A stretch of DNA of 64,000 nucleotides. It comes from an uncultured SAR86 cluster bacterium (GTDB taxonomy: Bacteria > Pseudomonadota > Gammaproteobacteria > Magnimaribacterales > AG-339-G14). The position numbers were made by a program, and so were the translations under genes. Below the pieces are notes generated by a model, which searched no databases, was not told where the DNA came from, and was given only the letters and a program-made list of their open reading frames with translations. The DNA is taken from positions 35,526 to 99,525 of the forward strand of contig CACIUX010000001.1 in assembly GCA_902589965.1 (NCBI GenBank). Reading direction: 5' to 3'. Shown here in pieces: positions 27,278 to 36,039 of this stretch (position 1 is the first letter of the stretch; the number at the start of each line of letters is the position of its first letter).

Positions 27278-28498
27278 TTATTGCGGAAGCTCTAGAACTC
27301 TCTTAGAAATGACGTTTAATTGCACTTCTGAGGTTCCGCCTTCTATAGAGTTAGCTTTAGTTCTTAGCCATTCTCTAGTAATTGCAAGTTCTTCAGGACC
27401 AAACTCAGCACCATCCCAACCTAAAGCCTTAGTTCCCATAGCTTCAAGCATAATCTCATATCTAAGCTTGTTATGCTCAGTACCATAATATTTGAAAATC
27501 GATGAAGCTGCACTAGGACCCTGGTTAGATTTTTTTGATTCTTCAGCCGCTCTTCTTAAAGTAAGTGCAAATGCTTGAGAATTCATGTCATGATCAATAA
27601 TTTTATTTCTGAGGCCTGAGTCATTAAGCTTATCTTCCTTTTCACCAACATACCTCTTAGCCATCGTGGCTAAGCCAGAAGTTGGTTTCACATCTGATTT
27701 TTTAGAAGATCCAGAAGCTGCAGAACCGAAACCCATGCCTGCGATCATATTTCTTTCAAACTGAAGTAATCTTTTAGCAACAGACCATCCTTTATTTAAA
27801 CCTCCTACAAGGTTTTCTTTTGGAGCAGTAGCATTATCAAAGAAAGTTTCACAAAAAGGGGATTTTCCAGAAATTAGTTTGATTGGTTTTGTAGTTACCC
27901 CTTCCTGATCCATATCTATGAGAAGAAAACTTATTCCCTCATGTTTGGGCTCTAATGGACCCGTTCTAACAAGAGTAAAAATCATATCGCATTCATCTGC
28001 ATATGAAGTCCAAACTTTTTGACCATTGATCAAGTATTCCTTGCCTTGGTCTTCAGCTTTTGTTTTAAGACTAGCTAAGTCAGAACCACTGCCTGGCTCA
28101 CTATATCCTTGGCACCACCTTATTTCTCCTCTTACTATTTTTGGGATATGTTCCATTTTTTGTTCTTCTGTTCCATATTCCAGAAGAGCTGGACCTAACA
28201 TCCAGATACCAAAACTGTTAAGGGCAGGCCTAGCTTTAATTCTCATCAATTCCTCTTGAAGAACTTTATTTTCTTCAAAATTTAGTCCGCCACCGCCATA
28301 TTCCTTTGGCCAAGTAGGGCAGGTCCATCCTTTTTCACCCATTCTATCCATCCAAATTTTTTGATCTGGATCTTTGAATTCAACTTTTCGTCCGCCCCAA
28401 ACTACATCACCTTGAGACATTGGAGTTCTCATTGATTGAGGGCAGTTTGCTTCTAACCAATCCCTTGTTTCATTTCTAAAAGCATTTAATTCTGTCAT
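27278..28498 (-). CDS. acyl-CoA dehydrogenase family protein
   Basis: N-terminal FRNETRDWLEANCP, RWCQGYSEPGSGSDLASL, C-terminal SIEGGTSEVQLNVISKRVL. ATG 28498 is preferred (AGAGG Shine-Dalgarno sequence 6 nt upstream) over the longest-ORF start 28522. Confidence 0.85.
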   Translation of the reverse strand: MTELNAFRNETRDWLEANCPQSMRTPMSQGDVVWGGRKVEFKDPDQKIWMDRMGEKGWTCPTWPKEYGGGGLNFEENKVLQEELMRIKARPALNSFGIWMLGPALLEYGTEEQKMEHIPKIVRGEIRWCQGYSEPGSGSDLASLKTKAEDQGKEYLINGQKVWTSYADECDMIFTLVRTGPLEPKHEGISFLLIDMDQEGVTTKPIKLISGKSPFCETFFDNATAPKENLVGGLNKGWSVAKRLLQFERNMIAGMGFGSAASGSSKKSDVKPTSGLATMAKRYVGEKEDKLNDSGLRNKIIDHDMNSQAFALTLRRAAEESKKSNQGPSAASSIFKYYGTEHNKLRYEIMLEAMGTKALGWDGAEFGPEELAITREWLRTKANSIEGGTSEVQLNVISKRVLELPQ

Positions 28499-28567
28499 CG
28501 GTACCTCTTTTTCTATGTACAAATACTAAGAATAATCTATGCTACGCAACCTAACAATAATAAGTTT

Positions 28568-29287
28568 ATGAATTTTTTGTCTTTCCTAAGTGAAAATCCA
28601 GAGTTTTTATGGATTTTCACAGTTTTCTATGACCTTACAATATCAATTCTTCTTTTTAGATATTTTGGTCTTAAGGGTTTATTTATTGCTGTAACACTTG
28701 GGATCATGCTTGCTAATTTACAAGGTGGTAAAGTTAGCGATCTAAACCTATTTGGTCAAACTTTTACAGTAAGCATGGGAGCTATAATGTATTCTGGAAT
28801 ATATTTTGCGACTGATCTCATATCAGAAAAATATGGCAGAAAGGAAGCAAACAAAGCGGTGATCTTAGGGGCAATATCGAATATCGTGATAATGTTTACA
28901 TTGGTTTTAAGTACATATTATTTGCCTTCTGAAATAGCCTCATCTTCAAATTCAGTTCATTCTGCTATAAGCACTTTAGCTCTCTATTCCCCAATCTTTG
29001 TAATAGGATCTATAACTGCATATTTGATAAGTCAAACTTTTGATGTATGGATATTTCATAAAATAAAAAAAATGACTAATGGTAAGTACTTATGGCTCAG
29101 AAATAATGTCTCAACCTTATCTTCACAAGCTTTAGATACATTTATTTATACTTTTGTATGGGTTTTGGCTGGGGAATTAAGTTTCTTAACAGCATTATCA
29201 ATTGCCCTTACAAAATATATTTTTAAGTTCATAATTGCCATAATAGACACCATATTTATTTATCTTGTTAGGAATTGGGATGTATAA
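28568..29287 (+). CDS. yhhQ: queuosine-precursor transporter (YhhQ / VUT family)
   Basis: Polytopic membrane protein. YFATDLISEKYGRKEA and AYLISQTFDVWIFHKIK...LWLRNNVSTLSSQALDTFIY align by eye with E. coli YhhQ. Confidence 0.7.
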   Translation: MNFLSFLSENPEFLWIFTVFYDLTISILLFRYFGLKGLFIAVTLGIMLANLQGGKVSDLNLFGQTFTVSMGAIMYSGIYFATDLISEKYGRKEANKAVILGAISNIVIMFTLVLSTYYLPSEIASSSNSVHSAISTLALYSPIFVIGSITAYLISQTFDVWIFHKIKKMTNGKYLWLRNNVSTLSSQALDTFIYTFVWVLAGELSFLTALSIALTKYIFKFIIAIIDTIFIYLVRNWDV

Positions 29288-30136
29288 ATGAAGCCTTTAA
29301 AAAATATTACGATAATTTATTCATCTTCACGGCAAACATCAGAAGTTTTGGATTTGTGTGAAAATTTTTTACTTTCTTCCGGAGTCAGGCTAGTTGATTC
29401 AATTTCAATTAAAGATCTCGCAAGAAAAAAAAGTAAAATTCTAAAAAAATCCGACTTATTTCTTGTCATTGGAGGAGATGGAACAATGATTGCCTCTATA
29501 AGGGAGCTGCATGACTACGAAATACCTTTTTTGGGTATTAACCTTGGAAGAGTTGGATTTTTGACAGATATTTATTTAAAAAGCATTGAAAGCTTGTCCA
29601 ACATATTTAAAGGCAAATACCTTAAAGAAAGAAGACCTATATACAAAGCAAGTTTTTCAGAAAGAAATCAAGATATTTTTGTCAATGAAGTTGTTATTCA
29701 CTCTGGTTCTGTTGCAAAAATGGCTAATCTCGAGTTGAGCTCGAATTCACAAAGAATTTATAATCTAAAAGCTGATGGAATGATTATTTCATCTAGCACT
29801 GGGTCGACAGCATATTCATATTCAGGAGGTGGTCCGATAATTTCACCAAAAGTTGATGCTATCTGTCTTCTTCCTATGTTCTCACATAGTTCTTCATCTC
29901 ATAGTCTAATTCTACCAAATAAACAAAACATAAACGTTAAGATTAAAAATAAAGATATAGATGTTGACATAGTTGTAGATGGAAAAAAGAAACTAAAATA
30001 TTCAAAGAACGGCTTAGAAGTATCAAATACCAAAAAATATTTTCAACTTTATCATCCCAAAGACTATAATTACTTCGACGCATGCAGGTCAAAACTTGGT
30101 TGGGCATTACCAATAGAGAATTTAAGAAATGATTAA
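29288..30136 (+). CDS. nadK: NAD kinase
   Basis: VIGGDGTMI, GINLGRVGFLTD, ADGMIISSSTGSTAYSYSGGGPI. Confidence 0.9.
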   Translation: MKPLKNITIIYSSSRQTSEVLDLCENFLLSSGVRLVDSISIKDLARKKSKILKKSDLFLVIGGDGTMIASIRELHDYEIPFLGINLGRVGFLTDIYLKSIESLSNIFKGKYLKERRPIYKASFSERNQDIFVNEVVIHSGSVAKMANLELSSNSQRIYNLKADGMIISSSTGSTAYSYSGGGPIISPKVDAICLLPMFSHSSSSHSLILPNKQNINVKIKNKDIDVDIVVDGKKKLKYSKNGLEVSNTKKYFQLYHPKDYNYFDACRSKLGWALPIENLRND

Positions 30137-32738
30137 TCTTACAAACAAAGGAAAGAATCTTTGTTTCATTGGTTTAACACTGGTATTTATTTCTAACAGC
30201 ATGCTATCTCAGACAGATGATCTTGACGATCTAAAGTTTTTAGAATTACTGCCAGAAAGCCAGGTTGCCTCGATTTCAGAAAAACTTGGAATTCAAACTG
30301 GAAAACCTATAAAAGATGAAATTAGAATGGAAACAATAGATGACCCTTCTTTTTCAAATTCATTTCCAAAGAAAAATAATTTATCTGATGAAAATTTCTC
30401 TCAAAATGCCACTGAAAGATTAGGAACCTTTGGTTTAAACCTATTCAAAGATGCTCCTTCTACTTTTGCTCCTATTGATCTAGCTCCCGCTCCTCTTGAA
30501 TATATCTTGGGTCCTGGAGATGAGATATCAGTCCAACTTTTTGGAAGCCTTTCGGTCAACAGACTAATTCCAATTAATAGAGAAGGTAATCTAGTTTTAC
30601 CTGAAATAGGGATTATTCAAGTCTCGGGTTTATCGTTTAAGGAAGCAAAAGATAAGATCCTATCTACTGTAAACGCAAATCTTATTGGTGTTTCTGCAGA
30701 AATCTCTCTTGCAAAAATAAGATCAATACAAGTTTTCGTTCTTGGTAACGCATATCGTCCTGGGGCTTATACTGTCAGTTCATTATCGAATATTTCAAAT
30801 ATATTATTTTTTTCTGGTGGTCCCTCATCTAATGGGTCTCTCAGAGATATCTCGGTAAAAAGAAATGGAAAGGAAGTTGGAAATTTTGATTTATATAGCC
30901 TTCTAATTTATGGAAATACAAATTCTGACATTAAACTTCAATCGAACGATGCAATTGTAATTAATCCCACTGGCAAAACTGTAAAGATTTCTGGAGAAGT
31001 AAAAAATCAAGCTATTTTTGAATTAAAAGATGAAGAGGATTTTTCTGACCTTCTAACTTTTGCCTCTGGATTTTCAAATTTAGCTGACTTGAAAAGAATA
31101 ACCCTCAGTTCAATTGCAGAAAATGGCGAAAGAATTTATAAAAACTATGGATCATCAGAATTAGAATCAATTCCACTCAAAGATGGCGATGAAATTTTTG
31201 TAAATAAACTTTCAAACACACCTAGAAATATAATTAAAGTCATCGGTGAGATAGCGTCTCCTGGCTTTGTTGCTTTTGAGCAAGACATAACATTGGAAAA
31301 ACTCATTAAAAGAGAGTCTTTTTTAGAATCAACTTATACACCTTTTGCTATCATTGAAAGAGAAAATAAATTTGGTTCAAAAAAGCTGATAAGAGCCAAT
31401 CTTATAAATAATAATACTTCAACTAAATTAGAACCTAATGATCTCGTCTATATTCTTTCAAAACAAGATATTAGCTTTTTAAATTCTATTCTTGTTGCAG
31501 ATGCTTTAAATCTATTAAGCAGAAAAAATTCTGAACTTTTATCAAGCTACTTTTCGAATAGAAATCTTGATAGATATCAATGTAAGTCTCTTCAAATTTT
31601 AGCTAAGCAATCAGCCTCATCATCAATCAAATTTGTAAAATCTAAATATTTACCAAATCCAAATCTTAATCCTATTGATCAACTAGAGTTTGTTGATAGA
31701 TGTCCTGATATTTTTGAAAATAAGCCCTACTTGATAATTTTTGCTCTAGAAAATTCATCAGTTATATCTGGTGAGGTAAGAAATCCTGGGATATATCCAG
31801 CATATAATGTATTTTCAGCAATGGATTTATTATCTTATGCTGGTGGTCCAACAGAAAAGTCATCTGGCGAAATTGATATATATTCTGATGAGGGAATAGC
31901 ATTAAAGATAAACATTTTAGATGAACAAAGTATTTCTTCTTTGGGAGTTAAATCTAGTTTCTATGCCAACCTTTCATCTAAGTCTAATGACGATATTTTT
32001 TCTGTTTCTGTTGAAGGAGCTTTCGTTAGCCCTGGAATTTATGGAGCCAAACAAGGAGAAAGACTTTCTGATTTACTTAAAAGAGCAGGAGGGTATAAAC
32101 AAAATGCCTATCCATATGCTGGTGTACTTGCAAGAAAATCTGTTGCGGAAAAAGAAAGATTAGCTTTCTTAAGATCTGCTGATCAATTAGAACAATCCAT
32201 TGCAACTGCTATATCCAGTGGAAGAATTTCATCAGTAGGAGGTGATCCTACATTAGCTTTAACTTCAATCTCACGATTAATAACTAACCTCGAAAATATT
32301 GAACCTATTGGACGAGTAGTTACGGAATTTGATTTAGATTTACTAGAAAGATCTCCTGAAAAGGATCTCTTACTTGAGCCAGGGGATAGAATATTCGTTC
32401 CTGAAAGATCATCCACAGTTACTGTATCTGGACAAGTTTTATCTCCAACTAGTTTTAACTTTAATCCAGTATTCAAAGTTAATGATTATATTCAACTTGC
32501 TGGAGGTTATTCTGAAGAAGCAGATAAGAATCGAACGCTTGTCATTTATCCAAATGGGATGGCTTCAAGAGTAAAAAATTGGCCAAATTCTCCTAATTTA
32601 TCTCCAGGAACGACTTTAGTAGTCCCTAGAGATCCAAATCCATTCGATTGGCTTGTATTCTCTCAAGTTTTATTCCCTATAATATCTAATTTTGCTACTA
32701 GTGCAGCAGCAATCGCAGCTTTGGGTAATAACAATTAG
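30129..32738 (+). CDS. outer-membrane polysaccharide export (OPX, Wza/Poly_export-type) protein with multiple SLBB domains, 869 aa
   Basis: Signal-like N-terminus. Poly_export-type motif LGPGDEISVQLFG...INREGNLVLPEIGIIQVSGLSFKEAKDKI. About six SLBB-like repeats (for example VLGNAYRPGAYTV...FFSGGPS, ISGEVRNPGIYPA...SYAGGPT, VEGAFVSPGIYGA...KRAGGYK, VSGQVLSPTSFNF...QLAGGYS). Hydrophobic C-terminal helix WLVFSQVLFPIISNFATSAAAIAALG. Confidence 0.8.
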   Translation: MINLTNKGKNLCFIGLTLVFISNSMLSQTDDLDDLKFLELLPESQVASISEKLGIQTGKPIKDEIRMETIDDPSFSNSFPKKNNLSDENFSQNATERLGTFGLNLFKDAPSTFAPIDLAPAPLEYILGPGDEISVQLFGSLSVNRLIPINREGNLVLPEIGIIQVSGLSFKEAKDKILSTVNANLIGVSAEISLAKIRSIQVFVLGNAYRPGAYTVSSLSNISNILFFSGGPSSNGSLRDISVKRNGKEVGNFDLYSLLIYGNTNSDIKLQSNDAIVINPTGKTVKISGEVKNQAIFELKDEEDFSDLLTFASGFSNLADLKRITLSSIAENGERIYKNYGSSELESIPLKDGDEIFVNKLSNTPRNIIKVIGEIASPGFVAFEQDITLEKLIKRESFLESTYTPFAIIERENKFGSKKLIRANLINNNTSTKLEPNDLVYILSKQDISFLNSILVADALNLLSRKNSELLSSYFSNRNLDRYQCKSLQILAKQSASSSIKFVKSKYLPNPNLNPIDQLEFVDRCPDIFENKPYLIIFALENSSVISGEVRNPGIYPAYNVFSAMDLLSYAGGPTEKSSGEIDIYSDEGIALKINILDEQSISSLGVKSSFYANLSSKSNDDIFSVSVEGAFVSPGIYGAKQGERLSDLLKRAGGYKQNAYPYAGVLARKSVAEKERLAFLRSADQLEQSIATAISSGRISSVGGDPTLALTSISRLITNLENIEPIGRVVTEFDLDLLERSPEKDLLLEPGDRIFVPERSSTVTVSGQVLSPTSFNFNPVFKVNDYIQLAGGYSEEADKNRTLVIYPNGMASRVKNWPNSPNLSPGTTLVVPRDPNPFDWLVFSQVLFPIISNFATSAAAIAALGNNN

Positions 32739-34854
32739 AACATTATTTTTCTTCCTTTTAATTTTTAATTCTTTAGCTATATATAGCTCATTAGAGGATT
32801 ATTTATATTCTGACATCGGGGATACATCAAATATTCATGGAGAGGTAGGACTAATAAATATCCCATCCTCAAGAATACTAGATGAAGGAAATTTGAAACT
32901 CCATTTAGTAAATGCTGATCCAATAAATTCTCTATTGATATCAACGAATCCATTTGATTGGATGGAAGTTTCTTTAAGATATGCAGATATCAATACAGAA
33001 AAATATAGTCCTTATCCTCAATTCTCTGGAAAGCAAACATACAAAGATAAAAGTTTCAATTTAAAGGTTAGATTAATTAAAGAATCTGATAATTTTCCTG
33101 AACTTAGTATTGGCTTTAGAGATTTCATAGGCACCGGAAAATTTGCTGGTGAGTATATTGTTTCTTCTAAAAGAATTGGCGACTTTGATTTTACAGTTGG
33201 ACTGGGCTGGGGTTCTTTATCTAATTCTGATGGTATTCATAATCCTTTTATTGATATAGACGATCATTTTAAATCTAGATTTAAACCTTATGGAAGAGGT
33301 GGAGATCTTGAGTTTGACAGATGGTTCACAGGAGAAAAAGTTTCATCATTCTATGGAGTAGAATATATAAATAAATATTCAGGAATTAGATTCAAATTAG
33401 ATTATGATTCATCAAATGCATTCAACTTACCAAAAAATTCGGATTTTGCATTTGGTTTATCAATACCAGCATCTAAATTTATAGATATAAATCTTTTTAG
33501 GCACAGAGGGAATAGTTTAGGTTTTGGAATTTCTTATAAGGCAAATTACGCGAATCAGATTGTCAAAAAGAATGAATTTGTGAACCAAATAATCTTCAAT
33601 AAATCAGATAAATTACTTTTATCTGAGAATGATGCGATATTTTCTGGAACTATTAATGTGATCCTAAGAGAATACGGAATTTTTACTCAAGAGATTTTTT
33701 TATCTGCTAATAAAGTAAATTTGATAGTGGATCAGTCAAGATATAGAAACTTGAATACAGCAACGAAAAGAATCGTTGAACTTATCAGATCAGTACTTCA
33801 GACAAGAGATATTAAAAAATTATCAATCACGTATAAAACAGGTAATGTAAATATAGGTCAGGTGAATTTTTCACTGAACAAATTTGAAAAGTTCATTGAC
33901 AATTCCCTTTCGCTATCAGAATTAAATAATTTTCTTGAGTATTCTAATTACAAAAATATTGATGAAAAAAATAGAATTTTTCAAGGGGTAGTTAAATATC
34001 CTTCTTTCTATTGGGGAATTAAACCAGATTTAAAAAATCATGTAGGAGCTCCGGAGGCTTTTTACTCTGGTCAAATAGGAATTTTAGCTGGAGGAGGAAT
34101 AAATATAGATAAGAATTCAAATATCGATACTTCAATATCCCTGAGTATTTATCAGAATCTTGATCAGCTTAGACTGAAATCATATTCTAGATTACCTAAA
34201 GTAAGGTCAGATATTAGAGAATACCTTCAGGAAAAATACGCTTTAAGAGACTTAACTTACACTTATATATCTGATCCAAAATATTCAGAGAACTTTCTAT
34301 TTTTTGGCGGGCTTAAAGTTGGATTATTTGAGGAGATGTTTGGGGGCGTTGGAGGAGAGATTGCACTGAGAGACATAACTCAGCCTTGGTATATCACGGC
34401 TAATTATTATTGGGTTAAACAAAGAAATTTTAATCAGAGATTATCTTTTAGGAATTATGAAACTTTTACTGGCCACCTCAACTTTACTTGGGAGACACCA
34501 ATTGAAGGAGTTAAATTAGTATTGTCTGGGGGAAGATATTTAGCTAGAGATTCAGGAATTACTGTCAATATGTCAAAGACTTTTAAAACAGGCTTCACAG
34601 TTGGTTTTTTTGCCACAAAAACTGATATTTCTACTTTAGAATTTGGAGAGGGTAGTTTTGATAAAGGGATTTATTTCTCTATACCATTAGACATAGTTTC
34701 TAGTAGCTATAGAAAAGATAACGCACGATTTGTTTGGAGAAACCTTACTAGAGATGGCGGGTCTATGTTGTCCGGCGGGCTTGGTTTGGATGGCTATATA
34801 GAAAATACCTCTTCTAATTTTTTAAATTACTTAAGCAATGGATTTTATGAATGA
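32692..34854 (+). CDS. YjbH/GfcD-family outer-membrane exopolysaccharide-associated protein
   Basis: GLINIPSSRILDEGN, NPFDWMEVSLRYADIN...SGKQTYKDKSFNLKVRLIKES...GFRDFIGTGKFAGEYIVSSKRIGDFDFTVGLGWG matches the YjbH family as I recall it. The start is uncertain (TTG 32692 or GTG 32701; it overlaps the OPX gene). Confidence 0.8.
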   Translation: MLLVQQQSQLWVITIRTLFFFLLIFNSLAIYSSLEDYLYSDIGDTSNIHGEVGLINIPSSRILDEGNLKLHLVNADPINSLLISTNPFDWMEVSLRYADINTEKYSPYPQFSGKQTYKDKSFNLKVRLIKESDNFPELSIGFRDFIGTGKFAGEYIVSSKRIGDFDFTVGLGWGSLSNSDGIHNPFIDIDDHFKSRFKPYGRGGDLEFDRWFTGEKVSSFYGVEYINKYSGIRFKLDYDSSNAFNLPKNSDFAFGLSIPASKFIDINLFRHRGNSLGFGISYKANYANQIVKKNEFVNQIIFNKSDKLLLSENDAIFSGTINVILREYGIFTQEIFLSANKVNLIVDQSRYRNLNTATKRIVELIRSVLQTRDIKKLSITYKTGNVNIGQVNFSLNKFEKFIDNSLSLSELNNFLEYSNYKNIDEKNRIFQGVVKYPSFYWGIKPDLKNHVGAPEAFYSGQIGILAGGGINIDKNSNIDTSISLSIYQNLDQLRLKSYSRLPKVRSDIREYLQEKYALRDLTYTYISDPKYSENFLFFGGLKVGLFEEMFGGVGGEIALRDITQPWYITANYYWVKQRNFNQRLSFRNYETFTGHLNFTWETPIEGVKLVLSGGRYLARDSGITVNMSKTFKTGFTVGFFATKTDISTLEFGEGSFDKGIYFSIPLDIVSSSYRKDNARFVWRNLTRDGGSMLSGGLGLDGYIENTSSNFLNYLSNGFYE

Positions 34855-35495
34855 AAATTAGGCATTTTCTAATTTGTATGATTTTTTTATGCGGATGCGC
34901 AAATGATTCAATCTACACAGAACTTTTAAAAAACTTTACCATTCTAGTTAATGGTCCTGAAGATATATCTCAAGATTTAGTTGACAAGGTTCCTTATGCT
35001 TCAATGCAAGCTAGATTAGGCAATTCTGAAAATTCACTTATTGTTTTAGAGGAAGATAGAAATAATATCTTGAAATGGACAACATCTAATTATGTAAAAA
35101 TATTTACTCAAAACGGTTTTGTAATAAGACTTACGGGCTTAGGTAATGAATTGCAAAAGATCGATCTAGATAAAAATCACCCTGCAAATTTAATTCAATT
35201 CCCTGAGGATAAAATTGTTATGACATCTTTTTATTCTTTTGAAAATCCTCAATTAATTAGGCTGCCTGTAAAAACTATTTTCTCTTTCGTAAAAGATGAA
35301 ACGATAATTGTCTTAGGAAAAGAGATTGAAACTAAAGTTTTCAAGGAGGAAAGTTTAAATAATTTAATTTCTTGGAGATTTGAAAATAAATACTGGGTTA
35401 ATGAGAACAAAGAAATTGTTAAATCGATCCAACATTTTTCTCCAAAAAACCCACCAATTCATCTACTTACCACAAAAAAATACTCAAAGCCTTAG
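34851..35495 (+). CDS. YjbF/GfcB-family lipoprotein
   Basis: Lipobox FLCGC at residues 12-16. VPYASMQARLGNSENSLIVLEEDRNNILKW and ENKYWVNENKEIVKSIQHF align by eye with E. coli YjbF. 214 aa. ATGA overlap with the YjbH-like gene. Confidence 0.8.
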   Translation: MKIRHFLICMIFLCGCANDSIYTELLKNFTILVNGPEDISQDLVDKVPYASMQARLGNSENSLIVLEEDRNNILKWTTSNYVKIFTQNGFVIRLTGLGNELQKIDLDKNHPANLIQFPEDKIVMTSFYSFENPQLIRLPVKTIFSFVKDETIIVLGKEIETKVFKEESLNNLISWRFENKYWVNENKEIVKSIQHFSPKNPPIHLLTTKKYSKP

Positions 35496-35530
35496 TCAGA
35501 CCTTAAGTATTTTAGGTAAATTTATATATT

Positions 35531-35902
35531 TTAAGAAGTTGCTGTTGCTGAAGTAGTACTAGTAGTTGTTGTAGTTGTTGTAGTACTTGTACTTGTACTT
35601 GTGCTTGTGCTGGTATCAGTAGAAGTGGTGTCTTCTTCTTCCTCTTCAGTAGTTTCTTCTTCCGTAGTCTCTTCTTCCTCTTCAACAGCAGGCGGAATAG
35701 GAGCCGGGGCTGTAACCTTCTCTCCATCTTGTGCATCAACAATAGCCGCTACTGCTAAGACAGCTGCAGCTATAGCAGCAATAACTCCACTAGATAGTGA
35801 TCCAGCAGAACCAGCAGCACTTGAACCTCCAGCACTTTGACTAAAGCTGATAGGGCTAAAAGCTAGAGCAAAAGTTAATAAAATAATTCTAATCGATTTC
35901 AT
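35531..35902 (-). CDS. YjbE/GfcA-like small exported protein with Ala/Gly/Ser core and Glu/Thr-rich tail
   Basis: Signal peptide MKSIRIILLTFALAFSPISFSQS, a Gly/Ser/Ala stretch, the hydrophobic segment VIAAIAAAVLAVAAIV, then EEEEETTEEETTEEEEEDTTSTDTSTSTSTSTSTTTTTTTTSTTSATATS. It resembles Thr-rich YjbE/GfcA and sits beside yjbF/yjbH homologues. Confidence 0.6.
   Translation of the reverse strand: MKSIRIILLTFALAFSPISFSQSAGGSSAAGSAGSLSSGVIAAIAAAVLAVAAIVDAQDGEKVTAPAPIPPAVEEEEETTEEETTEEEEEDTTSTDTSTSTSTSTSTTTTTTTTSTTSATATS
35534..35690 (-). repeat. coding triplet/hexanucleotide low-complexity tract, including a (GTACTT)3(GTGCTK)2 microsatellite at 35583-35612
   Basis: Read directly: gtacttgtacttgtacttgtgcttgtgctg encodes (ST)n on the minus strand. 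It is flanked by GTT/GTA triplet runs (poly-Thr) and CTT/TTC runs (poly-Glu). Confidence 0.85.
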
Positions 35903-36039
35903 AATCTACCTCGAAATGTGCGTCTGTTTAGACTCTCATTGCTAATGATATATATCTATTTAAGATATGCAAACCCTTTTTATGCATTTTTATGTTACTT
36001 TCTGCAATGTTTTTGACCACAAACCAGTTTTTTTTAATA

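Noticed and set aside
28499-28567. Possible preQ1 riboswitch in the 69-nt spacer upstream of the YhhQ-type queuosine-precursor transporter gene
   Set aside because: I could not find a P1 hairpin followed by the conserved A-rich/CUA tail. The sequence (…aatactaagaataatctatgctacgcaacctaacaataataagttt) shows no convincing stem. The spacer must also hold the divergent ACAD promoter. A covariance-model scan (Rfam preQ1-I/II/III) would settle it.
35512-35840. Two extra ORFs in the six-frame track (35512-35742 minus strand, 35601-35840 plus strand) overlapping the Thr/Glu-rich gene
   Set aside because: They are by-products of triplet-repeat DNA, which stays open in several frames. They have no signal peptide, no Shine-Dalgarno sequence and poly-Leu/Lys/Ser composition. 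Only 35531-35902 has a coherent architecture.
35903-36039. The largest intergenic spacer (137 nt, between the yjbE-like gene and pyrD) as a possible sRNA, riboswitch or terminator. It contains ATGCA-N11-TGCAT followed by T's near 35965-35990.
   Set aside because: The stem is only 5 bp and AT-rich with an 11-nt loop. The spacer lies between divergent genes, where promoters are expected, and I recognise no structured-RNA consensus.
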